A DNA stretch of 64,000 nt from an uncultured Candidatus Saccharibacteria bacterium (GTDB lineage: Bacteria; Patescibacteriota; Minisyncoccia; UBA6257; 2-01-FULL-56-20): contig CAYXSS010000002.1 of NCBI GenBank assembly GCA_964467765.1, forward strand, positions 1,310 through 65,309, read 5' to 3'. Within the stretch, counting starts at the first letter, position 1; each line of letters opens with the position of its first letter. Shown here in pieces: positions 21,211 to 28,753 of the stretch. A program made the position numbers and the translations under genes. The notes under the pieces were generated by a model that ran no database searches, was not told where the DNA came from, and saw only the letters and a list, made by a program, of their open reading frames with translations.

Positions 21211-22566
21211 ATGCCGATTGTACAGACTGAACCGACCTCCTATAAGGGAACTGGCGACGCCAAACGGCATCGCGACAAACAAAGAGAAGCTCTGAAGAAA
21301 AAACTTCCGGAAATCATTTCCGAGGAAGCGATTATTACCAAAAAGAAATCGGGAATCGTGAAGGTTCCCATAAAAATGATCGATATTCCTCACTTCCGTC
21401 CGCGGCGCGATTGTCGGGGCGCTGGCGGCGGTCAAGGCCCTTACCAACCAGGCGATATTTTGAAAAGAAAGCCTGGTCAAGGCAACAAGCCTGGCGAAGC
21501 CGGACAAGAGCCCGGCGTAGACTATATTGAAACGGAAATTTCCATAGAGGAATTGATAGAAATGATGCTCGAAGATATCGGTTTGCCGCGGCTCACGGAG
21601 AAAACGCAGAAATCCATACTGGTGGAACTTGGATATCGCGTAGCCGGTCGCCAAAAATCCGGACCATGGCCGCTTCTAGACAAAAAAGCAACCGTGAAAG
21701 AGGGAATAAAAAGATTTTGGTTTTGCCTGCGGGCGGTTCAGACGGAGGCCGACTCCGACGAGCTTGCGGCCTTCGCCGCGCTCAAAGAAACGAACGGCGA
21801 CGTTCAAGCCGCCATAGAATTTTTACGAAGCGGCAAAACTCTTAAACCGTTCGAAAAAATAGAACCATTCCCGATTTTTGCGGCCGACGACATGCGCTTC
21901 CATAAAATTAAAGAAAATATGGAGGAAAGGTCGCGGGCGGTGGTAATAGCAATGATGGATGTTTCCGCATCGATGACTGATGTAAAAAAATATTATGCCC
22001 GCTCGACTATTTTTTGGCTGGTCAGCTTCCTAAGAACCATTTACAAGCAGGTTGAAATCAGGTTTATCGTGCATCATGCTACGGCCAGGATTGTTGACGA
22101 AGAAGAATTTTTCAAGGTCGGCGAGAGCGGCGGGACGCTGTGCCACAGTGCCTACGAACTTGCCGAGAGCTTGATTAAATCTGAATATCCGACGGAAGGC
22201 TGGAACGTTTATGTTTGGCATTTTTCCGACGGCGAAGATTTTAATGCCGATGAGACTTGTAAAGCGGCTGCGAAGTTGATTGATTTGGGAATTAATATGC
22301 TTGGTTATGGCGAGATAAATCCGGAAGAGGAGTGGGGCGTGATGACAGCGGCACTGCCGAACTTTAAGGGGCTTGCCGAATCAGTTCTTTGGAAATACTT
22401 GCGCAGCCATTTTTCTCTGCGCGAATCCAAAGATAGCAACGAAGTCAAACTTATGACCAAAGACAACCTGCCGTTTCTTGCGGTATTTATTTCCGCGCGC
22501 AAGCACATATTTTTGGCGCTTAAGGAATTTCTTCGCAAGGATCGGTGGAAGGAGGTGACACGATGA
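21211..22566 (+). CDS. yeaH: YeaH/YhbH-like DUF444 (vWA-like) protein
   Basis: It lies between prkA and spoVR. A vWA-like MIDAS region is present (VVIAMMDVSASM). The start is the ATG at 21211, 6 nt after AAGGAG. Confidence 0.7.
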   Translation: MPIVQTEPTSYKGTGDAKRHRDKQREALKKKLPEIISEEAIITKKKSGIVKVPIKMIDIPHFRPRRDCRGAGGGQGPYQPGDILKRKPGQGNKPGEAGQEPGVDYIETEISIEELIEMMLEDIGLPRLTEKTQKSILVELGYRVAGRQKSGPWPLLDKKATVKEGIKRFWFCLRAVQTEADSDELAAFAALKETNGDVQAAIEFLRSGKTLKPFEKIEPFPIFAADDMRFHKIKENMEERSRAVVIAMMDVSASMTDVKKYYARSTIFWLVSFLRTIYKQVEIRFIVHHATARIVDEEEFFKVGESGGTLCHSAYELAESLIKSEYPTEGWNVYVWHFSDGEDFNADETCKAAAKLIDLGINMLGYGEINPEEEWGVMTAALPNFKGLAESVLWKYLRSHFSLRESKDSNEVKLMTKDNLPFLAVFISARKHIFLALKEFLRKDRWKEVTR

Positions 22567-24077
22567 AAAAAACAGACATCGCCCGTTTGTCCAAAATAGA
22601 AGACCGCATACGCCGTATTGCCGAGGATAACGGCCTTCTGACCACAGACATCCTTTTTGAGGTCGTTCCGGCAAGGAAAATGCTTGAATCCATGGCCTAC
22701 ATGTTTCCGACGAATTTTTCCCATTGGTCTTTCGGCAGGGATTACGAAAAATATAGGACGATTTACGAATATACCGGATCGGGAATTCCCTACGAACAAG
22801 TTTGGAATTTCGATAAGCCGCGCGCTTTGATTGTCGAAACAAACCCCGTTGCTCTCAACATCATGGTCATCGCGCATGTTTTCGGGCACGTAGATTTTTT
22901 CTTGGCAAACGGTTTTTTACGCCGTGGCAGGGAAGTTGCCGATATTGCCGAAGAGGCGAGAAATGCGGCAAATCGCTTTGCCGCCTACGAAGAACGATTC
23001 GGCAAACAGGATGTGGAGCGGGTTATGGATGCCGCCATGTCGATCATGTGGCACGAAAACCCCGATCCGTTTTTCGATGAACCTGAAGAAGAAGAATTAC
23101 GCGAGCGCCTAATAGAGATCGAGAGGGCGAAGCTGGAACGGACCCGCAGTCTCAAGTCCGAATTCAGCAAGCCCGAAAGTAGAGAAGAAACAGCGGCCAT
23201 CGAAGAAAAGCTTGCGGAGCTTATGAAAAAGACTCCACCGGAGCCGACACACGACCTTTTGCTTTATATTTCGCGCCGATCGCCTAAACCATTGAAGCCT
23301 TGGATGGCGGATGTTATAAGCGTGATTCGCCGCCAAGCGAGAGCTTTGTCTCCCAACAGGCGCACGAAGATGCTTAATGAGGGCTGGGCCACATATTGGC
23401 ACGTAAAAATCATGCGGCAGCTTTTTCAGGAAGGACTTTTGACGGCGGAAGAGCACGGCGTTTTTAACGAGTTTCACTCCGCAGTTACGCGGCAAAATAG
23501 AATGTCTCTTAACTGGTACGGAGTGGGATTGGCTCTTTTGAACGAGATAGAGGACAGATGGAACAAGGGGCGCTTTGGCGGGGATTATGAAAAATGCAAC
23601 GATGCCTACAAACTGGCCGATTGGGATACGGGCGCAATGTTGGGCAAGAAAAAACTTTTCGAAATAAGGTCCGCGTATAGCGACAGAATGGCCGTAGAGG
23701 AATTTTTCACCGACGAATTTATCCGCGACCAAGAACTTTACCTTTATACCGAAAGCGTGAATCCTCAAGACGGTTCCGTGGAATACGTCGTCGACGAAGA
23801 CGATCCGGAAATAATCAGGCGCAGACTGAAATCGCTTTTCACCCTTTACGGAACGCCGTTGATTACGGTTGAGGACGGAGATTGTGACGGAGCAAAAGAG
23901 TTGTACCTTAAACACCGTTTTTCCGGCTATGAGCTGGATCCGCACTACAGAAACGGCACATTGCGTAAAATTTATGATCTATGGGGCAAACCCGTGCATC
24001 TTGAAGCAGCACACGATGGAAAACTGAAACTATTCACTTTTGATGGCAAGGGCTTCAGCGAATCCATCATGCTCTAA
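22563..24077 (+). CDS. spoVR: SpoVR/YcgB family protein
   Basis: SpoVR motifs (AYMFPTNFSHWSFGRDYE, MVIAHVFGHVDFF). The start overlaps the yeaH stop as ATGA. Confidence 0.85.
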   Translation: MKKTDIARLSKIEDRIRRIAEDNGLLTTDILFEVVPARKMLESMAYMFPTNFSHWSFGRDYEKYRTIYEYTGSGIPYEQVWNFDKPRALIVETNPVALNIMVIAHVFGHVDFFLANGFLRRGREVADIAEEARNAANRFAAYEERFGKQDVERVMDAAMSIMWHENPDPFFDEPEEEELRERLIEIERAKLERTRSLKSEFSKPESREETAAIEEKLAELMKKTPPEPTHDLLLYISRRSPKPLKPWMADVISVIRRQARALSPNRRTKMLNEGWATYWHVKIMRQLFQEGLLTAEEHGVFNEFHSAVTRQNRMSLNWYGVGLALLNEIEDRWNKGRFGGDYEKCNDAYKLADWDTGAMLGKKKLFEIRSAYSDRMAVEEFFTDEFIRDQELYLYTESVNPQDGSVEYVVDEDDPEIIRRRLKSLFTLYGTPLITVEDGDCDGAKELYLKHRFSGYELDPHYRNGTLRKIYDLWGKPVHLEAAHDGKLKLFTFDGKGFSESIML

Positions 24078-25078
24078 TCAGAGCCGCCGAAACAAGGCGG
24101 CTTTTTTATACCATTAATAATTCGAGGCGCTGAACGCGTGCCGGTTAAAAATTTTTTTACTGCCGCAACGGCTTCTCGTTCGCTTTTCACCCACTTTATT
24201 TTTTTGTCTTTTTTAAACCAGGTCATTTGTCTTTTGGCATATTTGATCGTGCCGCTTTCCATTTTCGCGAGGGATGTCGCCAGGTCGCAGCGCCCTTTTA
24301 AATAATCGATAATTTCTCCATAACCGATCGCTTCGAATGCTTTAGTGGTCTCTCCGTAGCGGGCAACAAGTTTTTTTATCTCCCTTACCAAACCCAGCTT
24401 GATCATTTTCTTTGCCCGCAGATTTATTTTTTTTCGTAGTTTATTCTTGGAAATTTTTATGCCAAGTTTCAAAACATCAAAAAGCGGCGCGCCGCTCTTG
24501 CGTTGGGCGGTGAATGGTTGGCCGGTCTGTATTGCTACCTCAAGCGCCCGGATAACGCGCCGCGGATTTTTCAGGTCAATGATATAGGCCGCTTCCGGAT
24601 CTAGTTCGATCAGTTTTTCTGCCAGATTGCCAAGCCCCTCGGTTTGCATTTTTTTCTCAAGACGTTCGCGCAAGACGGGGTTTGCCGCGACTTTTGGAAT
24701 ATCGAGATTATCCACGACGGCTTTAACGTAAAGGCCAGTGCCGCCAACAAGAATTGCAACCTTCTTCTTGTCAAATATTTTATTTATTGCTTTTACGGCA
24801 TCAAATTTAAAATCGGCAACGTCATAATCTTCGTCGGGATTTTTGATGTCGATAAGATGATGCTGGACTCGGCGCATTTCCTTTTTTGTTGGTTTTGCCG
24901 TGCCGATGTCCATGCCCCGGTATATTTGCCTGGAGTCGGCCGAAACTATCTCCGCCCCTTCGATGCCGAAGAGTTTCCGCTGCCGCGGCAAGGAAAGCCA
25001 AGCTGCGATTTTTACGGCCAGAGCGGTTTTTCCGCTTGCGGTTGGGCCGACGACAGCAATAAGCTTGTCTGTTGACAT
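24074..25078 (-). CDS. miaA: tRNA dimethylallyltransferase
   Basis: A P-loop (VVGPTASGKTALA) and MiaA motifs (SADSRQIYRGMDIGTAKP). Confidence 0.85.
   Translation of the reverse strand: MSTDKLIAVVGPTASGKTALAVKIAAWLSLPRQRKLFGIEGAEIVSADSRQIYRGMDIGTAKPTKKEMRRVQHHLIDIKNPDEDYDVADFKFDAVKAINKIFDKKKVAILVGGTGLYVKAVVDNLDIPKVAANPVLRERLEKKMQTEGLGNLAEKLIELDPEAAYIIDLKNPRRVIRALEVAIQTGQPFTAQRKSGAPLFDVLKLGIKISKNKLRKKINLRAKKMIKLGLVREIKKLVARYGETTKAFEAIGYGEIIDYLKGRCDLATSLAKMESGTIKYAKRQMTWFKKDKKIKWVKSEREAVAAVKKFLTGTRSAPRIINGIKKPPCFGGSD
24082..24108 (+). terminator. rho-independent terminator after spoVR (it overlaps the 3' end of convergent miaA)
   Basis: An agccgcc/ggcggct stem followed by tttttt. Confidence 0.5.
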
Positions 25079-25356
25079 GAAAATAATTATCTGTTATACT
25101 TTGCAATAGTCAACCCTTAGCGGGTTTTGGAGGATGAAATGCATAAGGAAGCTGCGAGCATCATTCTGGGCGCGAGTCTTGTCGGTCTTTTTTGCGCGAT
25201 CTTTTCCGCTCCGCAGGAAGAATCGGAAGAGAAGCGGATGGTTGCTTGGGCAGAGTGTCCCTGGCCATCCGTGCGGCAGGTTTCGCAAATGGTCCACTAG
25301 ACGTTGCCGTAGAAACAAAAAAGCCATCGTTTTGACGATGGCTTTAGTTTTTAAAT

Positions 25357-26112
25357 TCAGCGCCTGATTTTTGCCAGGATAGAATCGCAGAATTTTTCAA
25401 CCTCGCATTGCAGCGGTTCAAGTTTTTGCCAGTTGTTGTCAATGCGGTAATCGCATCTTTTGCCTATTTTCGAGATAAGTATTTCCGTCGGAGCTTGGCA
25501 TTGTTTTACGAAATCTTCTTTGCTGGTTGCCTCTTCTCCCTGTCTCCGCCTGGTTTTCAGACGTTCATATCTTGTGTCGAGATTGGCCGTTACGTAGAGC
25601 ATGACATTGTTCGGAAAGCTTCTCAAAACAGTTTCGTCGTTGGCCAGACGGAGGGCATCGAAGTGCACTACATCCGCAGCGCATTGCTCGATATAAAATT
25701 TCAAAACCCGGGCTGTGGTGCCGTCGCCGAAGGCGCGTTCCATAATAACAGGCAGCTTTTGCAGATTTTCCCGGTTTATTTCCAGTTTTTCCGGCGGAGG
25801 ATCGCCGAAAGAATTTGGTTCGAAAAGCAGCGCAAGGCAAGACCTTCTTATGTTGCTTTCATTTGTTTCTATGAGCCAGAGACGGAGAATAGCTTCCAAT
25901 TTTTCGCGGAGAGGTTTCCCGATAAGACCGATTTTGCCGCCATAAATTACCTGCTGAAGCTGTTTTATGGTATCTGTTAGGAATCCGCTCGACCTTACAT
26001 GTCCGGTTGTGAAGCCGTTTTTGCCTGCCCATTCGTTTATTAATCCGATAACAGTTTCTTTTCCGGCGAGCGCCTCACCTACGTATCCGATGACAAGTTT
26101 ATCTGGCATCAT
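25357..26112 (-). CDS. P-loop NTPase/nucleotide-kinase-like hypothetical protein
   Basis: A Walker-A-like motif (GYVGEALAGKETV). Nothing else is recognisable. Confidence 0.4.
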   Translation of the reverse strand: MMPDKLVIGYVGEALAGKETVIGLINEWAGKNGFTTGHVRSSGFLTDTIKQLQQVIYGGKIGLIGKPLREKLEAILRLWLIETNESNIRRSCLALLFEPNSFGDPPPEKLEINRENLQKLPVIMERAFGDGTTARVLKFYIEQCAADVVHFDALRLANDETVLRSFPNNVMLYVTANLDTRYERLKTRRRQGEEATSKEDFVKQCQAPTEILISKIGKRCDYRIDNNWQKLEPLQCEVEKFCDSILAKIRR

Positions 26113-26182
26113 GCGTCCTTTCGGCGAAAAGTAAAATAAGCTGTTTTTATGCTACTATAAAAATAAATTTTTTCCAAGCTCT

Positions 26183-27001
26183 ATGAAATTTTTCGACGCC
26201 CACACGCATATCCATTTTCCGGCATACGACCTCGACCGCGAGGAAGTTTTTTCCCGCGCACAATCGGCTGGCGTGAGAATGATTACGGTGGGCACGCAGT
26301 TTTCGACTTCCGCCTCCGCCGTTGAATTCGCCAGGCTGCACAAAGGCGATGCTTGGGCAACCGTTGGATTTCACCCGGCGCACTTTTCGGAAAAATGGTA
26401 CCACGACAAAAATGAACAAGCGGCGGCGGGACGGCAGGAGTTTGACATAAAAGAGCTTCGTAAGCTGGCCGAGAATCCGGAGGTTGTGGCGATAGGCGAG
26501 TGCGGCTTGGATTATTTTAGAGACGCTTCACCCAAAACAAAAAATGGACAGAGAGAAGCGTTTATGGCCCAGATGAAATTGGCGCGCGAAGTTAAAAAAC
26601 CCTTGATGATACATTGCCGCGCCGCCTTCGGCGACCTTATAGAAATGCTTCACGCTTCGCGCCAAATGCTTCAGGATTGTCCCGGCGCGATTCATTTTTT
26701 TTCGGGTACCGCAGAAGATGCCAAAAAAATATTGGAGCTTGGGTTTTCATTCACCTTTGGCGGCGTTGTTACTTTCTCCCGCGATTACGACGAAGTAATT
26801 AAATATGTTCCGCTGGACCGGATTTTGTCCGAAACCGATGCGCCGTATGTTGCGCCCGTGCCGTATCGCGGCAAGCGCAACGAGCCGGCTTATGTTGTTG
26901 AGGTTGTGAAAAAACTGGCGGAGATAAAGAGGGTTTCTGTCGAAGAAATGACAGGAAAAATTCTTACAAATGCGCGGTCCGTTTTCAGAATAAGAATATA
27001 A
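26183..27001 (+). CDS. tatD: TatD-family metal-dependent hydrolase
   Basis: The FDAHTHIHF N-terminus and an overall TatD profile. Confidence 0.85.
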   Translation: MKFFDAHTHIHFPAYDLDREEVFSRAQSAGVRMITVGTQFSTSASAVEFARLHKGDAWATVGFHPAHFSEKWYHDKNEQAAAGRQEFDIKELRKLAENPEVVAIGECGLDYFRDASPKTKNGQREAFMAQMKLAREVKKPLMIHCRAAFGDLIEMLHASRQMLQDCPGAIHFFSGTAEDAKKILELGFSFTFGGVVTFSRDYDEVIKYVPLDRILSETDAPYVAPVPYRGKRNEPAYVVEVVKKLAEIKRVSVEEMTGKILTNARSVFRIRI

Positions 27002-27037
27002 AAAGCCCCGAACCTATTGGTTTGGAGCTTTGCCGCG

Positions 27038-27697
27038 TCAGAGCATCTTAAGCGCTGACGGACCGATTTTCATGTGAAGCGTGAGCGTGTCGGGCAGTAG
27101 GTGGGCAATGCAGACGCCGATCGCCACGTGGAGAATCGCTAGAAGATATGGATTTTTAAAGTACAACCCCGCGAATTTGTAATTTTTGAGGAACACGTAG
27201 GCGCTTGCCATGCCGGTAAAAAGCGTGACGATCATCAGTAGCGGATTCGGGGCGTGCACCAGAGAAAAAACGACTCCCGTTGCTATTGCCGCGGAAAGAT
27301 TGCCGTGGAAAACATTGGCGAATCGTCTCGCGAAGTAGCCGTTCAAAAGGAGTTGCTGGAAGAAGGCCCAGCCGAAATAACGGAGAGCGTGGCCAAGAAT
27401 TTTTATCGTGGCTGGCATTGTCCCCTCAGTCGTTTTTTGGCTGTAAGCTGCGAATATTACGGCAAAAGAAGAGAAAATAAGCAACAGAAGAGAGAGTACG
27501 AGCCATAATCTTTTCATGCTCGGCGGACGTAGGCCGAGATTCTCGAAAGATTCTTTTCGTGAAATCCAGCTGCCGACAACTATGAAAAGCGCCACGGTTG
27601 CGGCGAGAAACGATTTTCTTCCTGCGAACCATATCTGGTAAATTATCAGAAAAAAAACAGAGGAAACCTCGATCCATATTTGTAGTTTCCGGCTCAT
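27038..27697 (-). CDS. CPBP/Abi-like polytopic membrane protein (degenerate)
   Basis: Multiple TM helices with an FSLVHAPN motif. The start was moved to an internal Met to avoid overlapping the upstream paralog. Confidence 0.4.
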   Translation of the reverse strand: MSRKLQIWIEVSSVFFLIIYQIWFAGRKSFLAATVALFIVVGSWISRKESFENLGLRPPSMKRLWLVLSLLLLIFSSFAVIFAAYSQKTTEGTMPATIKILGHALRYFGWAFFQQLLLNGYFARRFANVFHGNLSAAIATGVVFSLVHAPNPLLMIVTLFTGMASAYVFLKNYKFAGLYFKNPYLLAILHVAIGVCIAHLLPDTLTLHMKIGPSALKML

Positions 27698-27704
27698 ATT
27701 CTCG

Positions 27705-28649
27705 TCAATTCCTGAAGAACAGAATCCATGTGAAATCGACCATGGCGTGGAGCAGGGAAGATGCGAGAATCGATTTGGTTTTGTGGTAAACCCAGCCGTA
27801 AGCCAGGCCGGCGATAGTGGCAAAAAGCACGTACCACCAGTTTGGGAAATGAAATGTCGCGAGCGTTGTCCCCGTGGTGTGGCCGATGTGCGTTAACCCG
27901 AAAACAATCGATGTCCATAGAAGAGCCGAAGCGAATTTCATTCTGGTGAGGAAAAAATTCTGAATTATGCCACGGAAGATTATTTCTTCGGAAAGGGCGA
28001 TGTTCAGCAATACGCCCAGCGTGAAATCAATCGGTATGCGCCATAGTGAATGCGTTCCGAACCATCCAAGTCCGGGTTTTAGGAAATTGATGTAGATACC
28101 CAGCGGCGCGATGCTAATCATAAGCATTGCGTAGCAGAAAAAGACTCTTCGCAAGCCTTTTTCACCGAAAGACCAGTTGCAGTTAAGTGTCAGATTTTTC
28201 CAGGCATAAACAACGATCAGCGTGTAGACAATCAGGCTCCAGACGCCGCCGGGAAAAGTGAGACCAGCGGTAGTTGTCCATTTTCTTGGCACAATGCTCA
28301 GAACTGGAGGCAGCACTATCGCGAGTATGATAGCTATGTCTGGGAAATCGGCGAGATTTTTTGGCGCTTTTATTTTATTGTTCAGATAAATCAGAAGCGT
28401 TGGTAGAAAAAGATACAGGGAAAAATAGAAAAGGACTTCAAGATTTTGTTTATGGTTTATCATGGCAAACGCCGCGTAGTTCAGGGAGAGAATTGCGGAC
28501 AAAGCAAACAAACGCAGCGGTTTTTGCGAGAACCACAAACCTACCGGATCCCTTAACCGTTGAGAAACAAGAACGATAATCGTCAAGATCAAAAACAAGC
28601 CAGGCAGGAGGCAAAGCGCTCCGTACATTTCGCCACCCCAAAGTGTCAA
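27705..28649 (-). CDS. CPBP-family intramembrane metalloprotease (CAAX protease/Abi)
   Basis: Motifs EEIIFRG, FGLTHIGH and HAMVDF in a polytopic membrane protein. Confidence 0.65.
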   Translation of the reverse strand: MTLWGGEMYGALCLLPGLFLILTIIVLVSQRLRDPVGLWFSQKPLRLFALSAILSLNYAAFAMINHKQNLEVLFYFSLYLFLPTLLIYLNNKIKAPKNLADFPDIAIILAIVLPPVLSIVPRKWTTTAGLTFPGGVWSLIVYTLIVVYAWKNLTLNCNWSFGEKGLRRVFFCYAMLMISIAPLGIYINFLKPGLGWFGTHSLWRIPIDFTLGVLLNIALSEEIIFRGIIQNFFLTRMKFASALLWTSIVFGLTHIGHTTGTTLATFHFPNWWYVLFATIAGLAYGWVYHKTKSILASSLLHAMVDFTWILFFRN

Positions 28650-28753
28650 GAAACTAGTTCAATTTTATATGGGTTTATATTAAAAAATCAAGCTTATTTA
28701 TCGAGAAGATTTGAGAAAACCGCGTCAATCGGATAAAATCGAGATTAATATTA

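Noticed and set aside
23109-23945. A 278-aa minus-strand ORF.
   Set aside because: It is antisense to spoVR, which has clear family motifs. It has no SD and no homolog-like features.
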